64,000 nucleotides of DNA, taken from the NCBI RefSeq assembly GCF_009914755.1, contig NC_060927.1, one strand, 5' to 3'. The notes under the pieces are model-generated. The model worked only from the letters and a program-made list of their open reading frames with translations, was not told the origin of the DNA and made no database searches. The stretch's first letter is position 1. Every line of letters begins with the position of its first letter. The position numbers and the translations under genes are program-made. Positions 46,675 to 62,632 of this stretch are shown one piece after another. The DNA comes from the human T2T-CHM13v2.0 reference genome, Homo sapiens.

Positions 46675-47190
46675 TATGTATATACACACACATATACATA
46701 CACATATATGTACATATATATACATACATATATGTGTATATACACATACATGTGTATATATATACATATATATACATACATGTGTATATATACATATATA
46801 CATACATGTGTATATATACATATATATACATACATGTGTATATATACATATATATACATACATGTGTATATATACATATATATACATACATGTGTATATA
46901 TACATATATATACATACATGTGTATATATACATATATATACATACACTTCTCTATATATATACATACACATAAATGTGTATGTACACATCATTGTACATA
47001 CACATATACGTGATGTAATGATGTACACATCATTAAACCTTGATAAAGTTTAGAATTCACACTATTTGTATTCACAACACATGCAAAATAAAGTGAAAAT
47101 CAATATACATATATACATATGTGTATATATATAGATATAGAAAGTCAATATACATATATACATATATGTGTATGTATATATATATATGTA
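46675..47190. repeat. Compound (TA/CA/TG) repeat with a 28-bp higher-order unit (CATACATGTGTATATATACATATATATA, ~7 copies)
   Basis: CATGTG recurs at 46749, 46779, 46805, 46833, 46861, 46889 and 46917. Unique sequence interrupts the tract at 47028-47104. Confidence 0.93.
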
Positions 47191-47781
47191 AGAACAATTT
47201 AAGATAAATATGACAAATTTATGTGCGGAAGTAAATTTTGTATAAAGATGGTGTGGGAAATGATACCTACTAATCTTGATTAAATTCTGATTTATCCAAG
47301 GGCCATGGATGGTTGTACAGACTTTTACAGCTGATGAGGAGACCTCTTATGACTGTTTCTCTTGTCTTCACGTAAAAACACCTTCAAAAATAAAGCATTT
47401 TGTTTTTTTCTAAAAACATAATAGTTTCAATTAAAAAAGGTATTCCTGAAAATACCATATTAACCAGTTTGAATAATTTGAATGGTGCCTTTTCCTAATA
47501 AGTCGTTATGTTCTTAACAACACTGAAATATTCTTCTGTCAAAGTCAATTCTCCTCATGTCCAACATCTACTAATATTATCAGTTTTGCTCTTAAAATGT
47601 ATTACTATCACCCAAATATTCCATCTCCAAACATCTTTACATTTAAGGAAAATAAAAAAAAGGAAGGGGGTGTCATAGAATATTCAGGCAACTATCATAA
47701 TGGAATGTGATATGTTATATAACAGAGAGAGTTACTAGTAGTTTCTTTCATATAAATTGCCTTTAAAAATTGCACGTAATC

Positions 47782-47896
47782 AACCAGGTGCAGTAGCTCA
47801 AAGCTATACTCACAGCTTTTTGGGAGACTGAGGGAGGATCACTTGAGGCCAGGAGTTTAAGACCAGCCTGGGCAACACAGTGAGATCCCCTTCTCT
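47782..47896 (+). mobile_element. FLAM/AluJ left monomer
   Basis: 'ggaggatcacttgaggccaggagtttaagaccagcctgggcaacacagtgaga'. Confidence 0.85.
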
Positions 47897-49039
47897 TCAT
47901 AACATTTTTTTAAAGATAAAATTATTGATAATAATCATTGCTCAATATGCATTTTTAAACAAAATTGAAGCACATTAGTGTAGTTTACAAATGTAAGATA
48001 TGAAATTGTACATATTTTGGACTTCATCTGGACTTCATCATTTCATATTTATAAACTATTAAAAGAGAAACCTGGAAATCAAGTTATCTTATATTGTTTT
48101 ATGAAAAAAAGGACTCCATTCAAGCAGGTATTATTACTTATGTATCGTTTCCCTACGAAAATAGGTTTTACACTGTTATTTATTATACTTATTGAATATC
48201 GTTGTGTGTATGTGATATCGCACATTCGTATAGAGCCTTCTGGTCCATAAATAATTTATGAAGCTATATAACTTGTTGCATTTCAAATATTATCTATTTG
48301 GGTAATGTATTTTAGAGACAATGTTAATAGGAAAATGATGCATCATATAAACATTTCTTAAGTAACCATTTTAAAAATGATTTAGGAGCTCAAAACACTT
48401 TCCTAAAAGTTGTATTCCTGTAGGGTTCTAACATAATGTACCAGGTTAGAGACTTCAATGGCCTGAGTAAATCTTGGAAAATTTATCATTAAACATAAGA
48501 GGACTGATGACATTATAAAAACAGTATTAACCTTATCCAAGCCTTACACAGAGATAAATTTTTTGTAAAACCTTTTTTAAAAACAAATATGATTCCAGCA
48601 AGATTATAATAATATCTTCAACTTTCTCCTAATTTTATTCTCTTCCCATAAATCAGTCTCATGAAGTATCTCTTTGTCATAGTCCTGACTGGTCCACTGA
48701 AAAAGTGCAGAATAAATATATTTTTATCATGCATTATGATCAGCTAAATTTCATTTAGAATATGTGACCTCCCTATGTTTAATATAGCATCATTGCATCA
48801 TTAAACCTCGATAAAGTTTAGAATTCACACTATTTGTATTCACAACATATGCAAAATAAAGTGAAAATCAATGCACATGTTACAGTTTAATAATCTTAAA
48901 TAAAAACATATAATGACAAATATATGTATAGGAATATTAACCAATTTTGAAGAAAATTTTAAAATAGACAATAAATAGCTGATCTCATGTCCTGGTTGAT
49001 CTATTTTGAAGGAAATATGTAAGAAGAGGAGACAAAATA

Positions 49040-49215
49040 TAGTGTGAGAATTAAACACACTTAATCCAGAATTTATGTAGGTTGTATGACTTCTCTCAAT
49101 TTTTTCCCAAATCTGTAATATACAAATAATAATGATTTTGCTTTGGTAGGTTTTTTGTGAGAATAAAAAAAATAATACATGAAAAACACTAGGAAACAAC
49201 ATGGTGAGGCTATTA
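49040..49215 (+). mobile_element. MIR fragment
   Basis: 'ctctcaatttttcccaaatctgtaa...aataataat...taggttttttgtgagaataaa'. Confidence 0.55.
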
Positions 49216-50184
49216 TTAATATGTTATAGGTATTTAATAATGTTTTAGTGTTAACAAAAGCATGACAGGTAATATAAAATAGAAAACAATTACATAATAG
49301 TGTCTATTATTTATAGTATCCTTTGTTGGATTAATACTAATTATTGTCTTTGAGCTCAAAATGAAGAAATGAAAATTTTTATTCCATATGTTTTTAATGG
49401 TGATGTTTTGATATAAGCTTTATATTTCATGGCATTTTGAATTGTTCTTCATTTCCTTTAAGTAAAGTTGAAAATAACTTAATGTAAAATTCTTCCTAAT
49501 GGTGCCTACTTGCCAAAAGGATTCCCCTTATTAGTAACGTAGGAACACATGCCACATCTGCACAACGAAAAGTGAGTTAAGGAAAACAGGAAATGTATAT
49601 GACTTGCTGAAGCTGAAAGCCCCCTCAATTTCATGACCATTTGAGCATGAAAATTGCTTAAAAATATTTATCGTTTCAAGTGAATAGATTTCACTCAGGG
49701 ATGCAAATTGAGGACCAGGGGAGGTTAAAACTTATGAAAGTTCATAATTTACAGACTCTGGGCTAGAATTGAAAAATATATTTTCTGTGAATATTTATTC
49801 TCTAATATATAATTCAATAAACAATCAAGAAATTTGGGAAAGGACATTAGAAAAAAACTAACCCCTAAATAACTACCTTACAGTCATGTTCATATTTACC
49901 ATCTATCGAATTAATTATGCAAGTTTCATTCTTCATGTCACTGACACTTAAAATTTGTACACACATGTGTGCACATGCAAGCATACATATACTCATCATT
50001 AAATAATTACCATGTACGTAGCCAGAGTTAATAGTAATGAAATCGAATGGAGGAAAATTAACGGATGCGGGGAATATGAACTCAAAATATTTTGGATTTG
50101 TTCTCAAAATATGAAGTCAGTTATTGGGAAAAAGGTAATGGGCAGCCTCATTACCAGTGATAATTATCCAAAAGAATAGTGTCA

Positions 50185-50493
<309 letters not shown>

Positions 50494-51399
50494 TCATGTC
50501 TCCAATAAGCAAATTGAAAAGAATCCATAGCTCAAAAGGCAAATGTCTTGAGGACTATCTCATAGTCTTTTTCAAAAAAATATAAACAGAGATGGGAAAA
50601 GATGTGCATAAAAGGCTCATCTGAGGTAAACATGGCAGAACTTGTGTATCAAGTAATTTCCAAATTACAAAGATTATGATAGTGGTGGTAGTGAGGAGAC
50701 TTTCAATAAGTTTCTTCTGGTTATTAACTTCTAATTAAGAGTTGACATTGATGTAACAAACAACTCTGTAGTGCTAGACGTGGAAGAAGTCCAGGCAATG
50801 GACTTTGCCTCCACTAATGAAACCATAGTGGGGAAAATCAAGAGTGGCACATGGAATTCATGGATATAATTCCTCAAATGATAAACAAAACATTTACTTT
50901 ATGTTTCTTATGAAACTCTTAGGAAGCCAAGATCATTAATGACAAACCATATTGGTACATATCAAGACTATTTATATCTAACTGCAGAAAAGACAGTGTT
51001 TTCCTGTGATTAGATCAAGATACATGTTTATTTGGTGACATCTTTTGTATATAAAGAGCCCTGCTAAATAAAGAGTAAAAGTAAAAGGGCCTTATTTTAT
51101 TATATAATAATAACTCACTGCTTCTAGATTAGGGAATAAATGGAATCCAGAATTGTAAATTCCATGACAATAATGAAAGATATGAATGATTGACTCCTTT
51201 ACATTTCAGTGATAAAGTTTCAAGAGTTATAGTTGTCTCAATTTCTGATCATATGTTACTGATCAAAAAGTTGTTAAAAGAATAAAAAATGTGAAGCGAT
51301 CGCCTCCAAACCCATGGTGACCCAACAGTGACCTCTGCTATCTAATATTATCACTGCCAAATCTATTGACTTAGGAAGATAAACCCAATATATTGCACT

Positions 51400-51985
51400 A
51401 ATCTTGATAAGTTGTATTTTCATTTTACTTAGTTCAAAATATTTTTTAAATTTCTCTTCAGATTTATTGTTCAAACCATGGGTTACTTAGAATTATGTTG
51501 TTTACTTTCCAGATATTTGGGGATTTTTCCAGCTGTTTTTCTGGTTTCCTATTCTATTTGATTCCTCTGTGATATGAGAAGATACTTTGTATAATTTCTA
51601 TCCTACTAAATGTGTTACTTTGTGTTTTATGACAAAGAATATGGTCTTTTTTGATGAATGTTCCAACTCATCGATGATTCTTTGGATTTCTGCTGAATCG
51701 TTTGTAATGTCTCATGTTTCATCTCTAGTTTATTTGAACCTTCTCTCATTTTGTTCTTAGTCAGTTTTCTTTGTCTTTTACAAAAGTGACTTTTCCTTCT
51801 ATTCATCTTTTGTGTTTTCTTTGATTCAATTTCATTTATTTCTGCTCTTCTGTCATTTCTTTTTCCTATAAATTTTGTGTTCGGTTTGCTGTTGTGTTTT
51901 TCTAGTCTTAATATACATCAGTAGGTTGTTTATTTGAAGTTTTCTACTTTTTTATTCCTTTATCTTTATGAATTATCTTCCTTAA
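51400..51985 (-). mobile_element. Old L1M ORF2 fragments
   Basis: T-rich antisense L1 motifs 'agttcaaaatatttt', 'agaatatggtct' and 'ttcaatttcatttatttctgctct'. Confidence 0.7.
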
Positions 51986-51990
51986 CCATT

Positions 51991-53835
<1,845 letters not shown>

Positions 53836-54014
53836 TTTACTGACCATTTCATATGATTTTATGTTGTTTCTTTAATCAGTTTTGTTTCCTTATTAAATCT
53901 TTTGGTATTTACCATCAAATCTATAATGTAAATTTTGTACATTTTTAACAAATATAAGCCTACCTTCATATAACAATATCAATTTATGTGTAGTGCAGAT
54001 GCCTTATAGCAGAG

Positions 54015-54496
54015 TGTGAGGGCTTATTTAATGGGTCAATTTGACTGGGCTAAGGGATGCTCCGATCGCTGGTAAAATGTTGTTTCTTGGTGTGTCTCTG
54101 ATAGTATTTCCAGAAGAGATTGGTATATGATTCAGTAGACTGAGTAAACATCACTCTCACCAATGTAGGTAGGCATTATCCCATTTTTTCAGGGCCTGAA
54201 TAGAAAAAAAAAAATCAAGGGTGAATTTTTTCTCTCTGCTTGAGCTGGCACATTCATTTTCTTTTACCGTTGGAAATCAGGACCTTCAGGTTCTCAGACC
54301 TTCAGACTCAGACTGGGACTCACACCATTAACTCCTCTGGTTCTCAAGCCTTTGGTCTTGGACTGAAACTATATCAACAACTTTCTTGGGCCTCCAGCTT
54401 GTGGACAGCATATCATGAGACTTCTCCATCTTGATAATACATGAGCCAATCCTTCATAATAAATCTATTTCTCTCTCTCTCCCTCTATCTCTATGT

Positions 54497-54539
<43 letters not shown>

Positions 54540-54583
54540 TGCATATTTTATGGTTTCCCCCATAGAGTACCTTCAGTGATACA
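54015..54583 (+). mobile_element. MLT2D-like ERV-L solo LTR
   Basis: tgtgagggc...gtcaatttgactgggctaagggatgc...tgataca; TSD CAGAG/CAGAA. Confidence 0.88.
54499..54538. repeat. (AGAT)10 tetranucleotide STR
   Basis: Seen directly. Confidence 0.97.
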
Positions 54584-57384
54584 CAGAATATTTTTAATTT
54601 CCCCCATCTTTTGTGATACTGCTGTCATTCACTTCATTTTGCCATGTGGTATAATCATTCAGTACACATATTTTATTAGTAAATATTACTTTAAACATAT
54701 TTTAGATCAATTACAAATAAAACCAATAAATTACATTATTTAACCCGCATTTTTTCTATCTCTGATGCTCTTCTTTTTAAATGTAGATCAAAATGACTGA
54801 TTATACCGTTTTACTTCTGCTAGAACAGTGTTTGTTAGCATTTATTGCCAGGCAGGTCTGCTGGTAATTCATTCTCTCAGTTTAATTTGTCTAAGAAAGT
54901 CCTTATATCTCCTTCATTTTTAAAGAATAGTTTAGCTTGATATAGAATTCTAGATTGTGTTGTTTCTTCTTTCAAGACTTAAAAAAATTTATTCCACTCA
55001 CTTTTGGCTTGCACGGCTTCTGACAACAATTGAGGTATAATATGTATGCTTCTTTATCATTAATTAAGTTGTTCTCACCCCTCTGAATTCTTTCAGGATT
55101 TTCTCTTTGACTTTATGTTTTTCAGGTTGACTATTATATGCCTAGATTTTTTTTGTTTGTGTGTGTTTTCGTGTATTTTTTCTTCTCATGTGCTCCACTC
55201 TGTTCTCTATTCTTTTTATATTTGAATTGTGCATATGTTACATCTTTTGAAATTGTCCTGCATTTCCTGAATGTTCTATTCTGGTACTTTTTTCTTTCTT
55301 TTTTCTTTTTTTCTTTTTTTATTTTTTGTATTTGCAATTCAGTTGGAGAAATTTTGGTTGAACTAAGCTCACCAATTATTTGTTTGACTGTGTTATGTCC
55401 AATAATGAGGCCATTGAAAGCCTTCTTCAATCACTTTACTGTGTTTTTCAATTCTTGCATTTCCTTATGATTTTTTCTTATAGATTCCATTTCTCGGCTT
55501 AAATTGCACATCTTGTCTTTTCATCTACTTTTTTCATTATAGTCCTTAACATGTTCATCATAGCTATTTTATATTCTTTGTCCGATAAGTCCAACATATG
55601 TCAGGTTCTGGTCATTTCTATATTATAGATCGACTGTGTTTTCGCTGCTTTTTGTCATGTCCTGTATTTTTTTTTCTTAAAACCTGAACATGTTACATTA
55701 GGGACTAAGAACAAACATAAGGTAAAAAGGTCTTTAGCATGAAGATTTACTGTAACCTTAGTAGGAGTCAGGCTGTGTTTAATGTTTCCTATATGTAGTT
55801 ATAAGGGCTTGAGCTTTCAAATTCCTCTAGTGTCCTTATTTTTGTCTCCTTTCTCCAATTTAGACTTTATTAATCAATTCTACTCGGCAAGAATCTGTGC
55901 TTTAGATCATATTTGGCTGGTATTAGACTGGAGCCCAGTTAGTGTGATGTTAAAGTGTGAAGGAAGGGAATATTCTTTCATCTTCTATTTAAATTTCAGT
56001 GTTTTATAAGCCTCTGTCTCTGAGCTATGACTGTCACAAATATTTCCTGAGTTGTAAAGCTTTGTTTCTCATGCCCATTAGCTCCATCCTTAGCTATAAC
56101 ATTCTCAATCTATTTCCTTTAATCCCAAACCTTTTTGACTATGTTTCTCCACTCCCTTAGATGAAATGACATAAATATATGTGACTGGATTGGAAGAATA
56201 CACCTTCCCCCACTGGGATAAAGCTCTGTAAAATTATTTTTAACCTGGAGTACAAGCCTTTAAAAAAAACACACACACACAAGTTTTAGGTTTATTTTAC
56301 AATCACTACTTTCCCCTTATCCCTGACAAAGACATGACATTTTTTGTCAGGTTGAAAAAATGTTAAGTGGAAAATGTTAAGGTTCTTGGAGGTAAAACTC
56401 ACAAAAGTGAAAGTAACCCTGAAGAGCAGGTACCCCACAAATTTCTCACTCTCACACTAGTTTAAAATCAGCCTCCAATAATTCATCAAAACTACCATTT
56501 AAGTGCTCTCTGTACCTTCTGCTCCAGGTAAGCAGATCTTGATTATGTCCCTGTGAGACTTTGTGTCTCCAAATTTTGTAATGCTGGTTTACCTGACAAC
56601 TTAAACATAATTGATTTTCAATTTATCTCCCTTTCTTGGTTGTAAGGATGGGAATGACAATGTCCAAGTTCTTCATCTGTCAGAGCTGAAGCTGGACATT
56701 ATCTTTAAGTCCAGGTTTTCTTTCAGTTTCTTGGGCTTTGAAATAACATGTAACCAAATGCATTTTATATTCATTAAGACTTCCTACTTGTTCAATGTCA
56801 AAAAGTTCTGATACTATATAGGTGATCATGTTACTAAAGTTAGACCCCGCCATTATTTAATGTGTAGCTCATTTGTCCACAGTAGAGTGTGATCCTCTTC
56901 TTTCCCAGCAGGGGACCCTGCATTTTTATTGAAGAAGAAGCTAGTCCACCTTGCCTTCATACTTTCATTTCATCTGTAAGTTAGTAATAAAAAATCATCT
57001 ACTTCTTTTTAAGACGAATGTCTGTGTATAAAGGGTATTGTTGGAGCTCTAATTCAACTTATAAAAAAAACTGAATGTGACTCTTGAATTCTGCTTTTTT
57101 GAAAAAAATAAATATTTAATTTATCCACACCTTGAATTAATTGCTAGTGATTTTGTATGGAAACAGAAAGTTTAAAATTTAAAACATGGCATCTAAATTT
57201 AAAAACTACTTTGCAGTTATAAACACTCGACTGAATAATAATAATGGTAGTAACATTAATTTATTCATGAATAAATAATAAATATGAAAATTTACAATTT
57301 ACTCCCACATAATAAAGAAAATAAAAATTTGATTTAAAAATATTATGAATACAGAAAACATACCTATTCAATTAAGAAAGAAGA

Positions 57385-57760
<376 letters not shown>

Positions 57761-58162
57761 TTATTAGAAATATAACATAAGAAAGCTTTTTGAGATAAAA
57801 ATGATGAATATTTTTAAATTTATCAAGCTAATAGAGAAATACATTTCAGGCAAAATTATTGAAAAAAAAGGTATCTACTTTTATATATAGCCAAATTTAA
57901 TGGTCAAGTTTTAGAATAAAAATACAATCACGGAAGAAAAATCCATTTTTATTTTATGTACAAAATAATAGGTATCCTACTTGCCCTTGTTCTTCTCTCC
58001 CAACATGCGAATAACAGACTAAAAGCAATGTTTACTGAGATTTAATAGAGAAAGTTTGGCATTAAGACATTTATATCTTTACTAGATATTAATTCATTTG
58101 TGAAGAAACAAAAAAAATTTGTAGATATTTCAATATGCAGAAAGAGGTGCCACAGAAACTTA

Positions 58163-58252
58163 TGTAATCACTGATAGGTTCTTTCTGCCTACTGCACTGA
58201 CAAGAATCAGCCCACTGACACCATGGTGTTGTAGTAAAGAAAGAATTTAATT
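58163..58252. mobile_element. ERV1 LTR terminal fragment (LOR1-like)
   Basis: 'tgtaatcactgataggttctttctgcctactgcac...ccatggtgttgtagtaaagaaagaatttaatt'. Confidence 0.5.
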
Positions 58253-59767
58253 CGAATTTTGTTTAATCAAAAGTAATTTTATCCATGGACTGAATCACAA
58301 GGGGCCAGATCCTTCTTTGAAATAAAAAAACCAAAAGACAGAGAAAGAAGGTAAGCTCTGTATGTATCTTGCCTATCAATCAACCAAACAGAGATCCCTG
58401 CCTTTTATTATTTTTGAGCAATTTTGTAGTTCTGTAAGTTGTAGATTGTTGATAGCAGTGCCAGTTGAATTGTTCTTTCACAAAGATACGCAAATTAATT
58501 ATTTATATTGAAGGAAATATAATTCCGGACCCTCAACGTAGTTTTGCATTTATTTGTAAATTCATATCAGCAATCTTTACTTCCCACTCTCTAACCTGTC
58601 CCAACTCCTCTCCATGTCTGTGGGTGTAGATGTAAAACTGAATTATCTTTGGAATCCATTGTAACATCTTGCTGGCTTTCTAAACAATTATTAAATAAAA
58701 TCATTGGCAAGTTTTTTTTTATTTGTATCAGAGCCATAATTATATTTTCATTAAAAATTTACTCTTTTAGAGTTTACTCCTAGGGAGATGTTTCCTATTG
58801 AAATAGTAGACAACCAAAGTTATGTATATTTAAAAAGTTTCCCATGAAGCATAGGAATACAAGTATTATATGAGAATAAAAATTATTTATCTTAAAGTAC
58901 TAGAATTCAAAGGATATAGTATAAAATTGTGGAAAAAGTAAGGAATCTAAGTTCTTTAAACTGAGAAAAGCATTCTTTTATTTAAAAATTGGCTTTTTTA
59001 TGAACATTAATTAACAATGTTAGTTAATATTATCAGTTGTAGAAAAAACTTCAATGTAGAAAACTCAAACTAACCTCACACAAATAATAAAAAATTTAAG
59101 TCAGGTCTTGACTTAAAAGTATGAGGAAAAAAATTTATAGATAAATTTGGGTCTTACAAAAGTTTTGTTTTAATTCTAAATTTTTAAATAGGTTTTCCTT
59201 GTATTTTTGGTCTTTTCATTCTGATTATACTGTTTCAATTAAGAATGTAAATGTGGGCAAAGTAATTTTTCCAAAACAAATCTTAAATAGAATTTTTAAA
59301 TAAATAAATTTTTATATAAAACAAAAATTATATTCATTAAGCTTTAGAAACCTGTCAAACCCTCAATAAAATACTTGCTATGTAAGTTCAAACTACAGTT
59401 TATGATAAAATAACTCTATCTGGTTTGGCCAGATGTCTACCTTTGAAAAAAGAACAGCAAAGGAAATAATCTAAAAATTATGAAAAATTAAAATTAAAGA
59501 ATATGGGTTAGAAGTAATGGTAGCATAGCAACAGAGAGATACTGCTCTTAGACACATTCTTAAGTCTTCAAGTACCATTTTATTCAGTAAGCTGATAATT
59601 ATAAAATGCTTCATGTAGTGACAATCTGAAAGAATTAATTTTGGAAAAAGTAACATGTAGCTAAAATATCCTTGAAGTGTACTTAGTCATATGATTTTCA
59701 ACTAAATTCAGCAAATTAAAATCATAATGAGCTCTAACTTCATCCTTATTAGAATAGCTATAATTAT

Positions 59768-59769
<2 letters not shown>

Positions 59770-59799
<30 letters not shown>
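59770..59799. repeat. (GT)15 microsatellite
   Basis: Seen directly. Confidence 0.95.
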
Positions 59800-59804
<5 letters not shown>

Positions 59805-60750
59805 ACACCAAATGCTGGCAAGGACTCACAACAAGACCTTAGTAGCAAAGAACATACATAGTACCTGGTCTTGATTTCTTCATACCACTCTTCAATAAAA
59901 GGACAAAATTTCCTTGGGAAAATGGCTTATTTTAGGGCCCTGAAGCACATTTTAGGGCCAAAAAGTGATAAATTGCTAAAAGAAATAACATGTAAGTAAA
60001 ATATACAAGCAGCAGCTTGAGTGTCCCCAGTGATCAAAGCTGAAACAATTTAAGTAATAAAATACATATAGTGTTGGATTCAAACCCTAAGAAAGAAAGA
60101 AATATTCATAAGTCCACAATGACATAAACGATTGAATAAATGTATACATTCAGGAGAAATAAAAAAATTCTTACAAATGAATTCCAAATAATAATCGTAG
60201 GAGGAATGAAGAAAATAAAAATTCACCACTAGAACTCCATAATAAAAGTTGCTGCGGGCAGGACCGACTGATAACTGTTAAGAAGAAATAGGATATTTGC
60301 ATATTCTCAGACTCTCTCTATCAGCAAACTAATTAATTAATATGATAATTTTAGCACATGTCCACAAATTCTTTGATAATTCTTCCCTATGAAGATAGAA
60401 GTTAATTCTTATCTTCTTGAATGTAAACTGGATTTGGTGACTCACTGTTTATGAATAGATTGTGGAAAGGAAAACAATACTAACGAAAACAGTGAAAAAA
60501 CTTGGCAGACACTACCTTAACCAAATGATCAAATTTAACGTTTCCAGTATTAATAGTGATATCATGTAACTTCTGATATGGGTCGCGAGAAGGGCACTTT
60601 ACCTGTGTTACATTATTTTCCAAAATCTATATACCTAGTTCAATCTTGACAAAACATCAGGCAAACCCAAACTGAAAGACATTCTACAAGATATCTGATC
60701 AGTAATCTTCAGTTATAAAAGACAAGACTGAGAAATTCTCAAAAATTAGA

Positions 60751-60901
60751 AGATGACAAGTTAATGGGTGCAGCACACCAGCATGGCACATGTATACATA
60801 TGTAACTAACCTGCACATTGTGCACATGTACCCTAAAACTTAAAGTATAATAATTAAAAAAAATCATTACCATTATTCATGAAATTAAAAAATCTTCCAA
60901 A
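60751..60901 (+). mobile_element. Very short L1PA3-like 3' end with a probable 3' transduction
   Basis: L1 3'UTR at 60751-60863, unique sequence at 60864-60898, then an A run; TSD AAAAATTAGA at 60741-60750 and 60902-60911. Confidence 0.88.
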
Positions 60902-62174
60902 AAAAATTAGAGGACAATAAGAAGATATGATTAAATACAGTATTGTGTCCTAGATTGGATCACAGATATATCAAAGGATAACAGTGGGAAAACTGCTGAA
61001 ATCTAAATGAAGTCCTAGTTTGTACCTTAACATTGTACCATTATTAATTTCTTGTATTGTTAAAGAATCCATGGTTATGCAAAATGTTAACCTCAGGAAA
61101 AACTGAGTGAAGTGAGTAGAGAAACTCTCTGTAATCTCTTTGCAACTCTTTAAACCAACCAAATGTTATTTCAAAATAAAAAGTTCAAATGTGAAAAGAA
61201 GTCTACTTACATCCTGACAAATTAAATAGGCCTTTTTCTTACATTTGCCTGTCACCCCTCTTTATAGCTAAATAGTGTTTTAGTAGTTAACTCTCACCAT
61301 AAACATAAATGTTCTCTTAAATTACTTGGTTCAAAGGCATTTGTTTATAGAATGCATGATGTCTATATAGGGATAGATATTGTTCCCTACATATTTTTCT
61401 TGCCATTTTCCAGCATGTATAAACGTGAAGCCTGGAAAACATATCACCTGGGTAAGCAACATAACATACTTTCTTTCTGTGCATAAGAGAAAGCAATATC
61501 AAGTACAGAACGCTAATACTGGTTTACTTAAATGTGTGATACTTTAATGCATACTGTGAAATAACTTGTGTTACCTCAAAATTTCATTTATTATTCAGTA
61601 TGGAAAGTGCAAATCTAGAATAAAACAATATGCATGTAATTTACATGAGGACATGCAGGTGTTAACAATACTTTTAAAGTAATTTCAGTAATGTCTACTA
61701 ACTAAGTTAAAGAGATCTTTCATGGTGATTGGTGGGATTATGAACATTTCTTGTTCAACAGTTACACCTGACTATAACATAAACAGAAAAGCACTGGAGT
61801 GGCTTAACATTAGTTTTATTATCACCATATTGTTTAGCATATACTGAGAAGAAATGAAAAGGAACATTTCTATTTAATTTGTTAGAAAGTTTAATATTAA
61901 TAATTGAGTATGTTTGCACAGTAGATGAAGATAAATCCTCTTTTAGGTAACGCATTTCCTATCTCTGATGTTCAATGTAGAATGAAAAACTAAATTATGT
62001 GCTCAAAAACACAGAACTCTTAAATGCACACGTTTCATCTCTGATCACTGTGATAAAATAATGAGGCCTTTATTTCCACTTAAATAACTTTAGGGAGAGG
62101 AAAAGGGATGAGAATATATTTGGTAAACATTAAGATGAATCATTAAAAGAAAAACACTTTAAAACAAAACAATA

Positions 62175-62176
<2 letters not shown>

Positions 62177-62218
<42 letters not shown>
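62177..62218. repeat. (AT)21 microsatellite
   Basis: Seen directly. Confidence 0.97.
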
Positions 62219-62221
<3 letters not shown>

Positions 62222-62632
62222 ATTTCCATCAGTTTGATGGGGTGTTGAGAGAGTTTTCTGAACAAGACAGAAAATCCTTTGGAATGGAGGCTGGTTAAGA
62301 AGTGTGGTTTGTTTACTAGTAATAAGGGCCTGAGAGAGAGAAGCAGGGAAAGACACATACGAACACCTGTGTGGATCAAGACTTAAATTCTTGTGGATTT
62401 AGTAATGGAAAAATCTCCAAGCAGCTACAAGAGACTTTGAATGTGATTAATTGTGGGACTTAGTGTGAAACTAGCATCTGTGGAAAACCTGGGCATGTTT
62501 CATATGTATGCTGCTTTCTTATAAACAATCCCTGTACTAAAATATTGGATTTTTGCAGGGGGAGTAATGTGAAATTTAATAAGCTGTATTTCTCAAATAC
62601 TTTATTGTTTTAATGTGCTTTTTAAAAACTTA

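Larger units (their letters stand above)
53840..56700 (-). mobile_element. Old L1M (L1MC/MD-like) 5'/ORF1 region
   Basis: 'aattcattctctcagtttaatttgtctaagaaagtccttatatctccttcattttt...tatagaattctag'; ORF 55134..55430(-) resembles a decayed ORF1 coiled coil; split by an MLT2 LTR. Confidence 0.7.
59715..61186 (+). mobile_element. L1MC-like 3' region
   Basis: 'ttggcagacactaccttaaccaaatgatcaaa', 'aaacatcaggcaaacccaaactgaaagacattctacaa' and the end 'atttcaaaataaaaagtt'. Confidence 0.75.

Noticed and set aside
46745-46945. Regular 28-bp repeats superficially like a CRISPR array
   Set aside because: No unique spacers and no cas genes; this is primate DNA and a simple VNTR.
46625-47053. Six overlapping 79-132 aa ORFs rich in Y/I/H/T/C/M/V
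   Set aside because: Translations of the stop-free TA/CA microsatellite, not genes.
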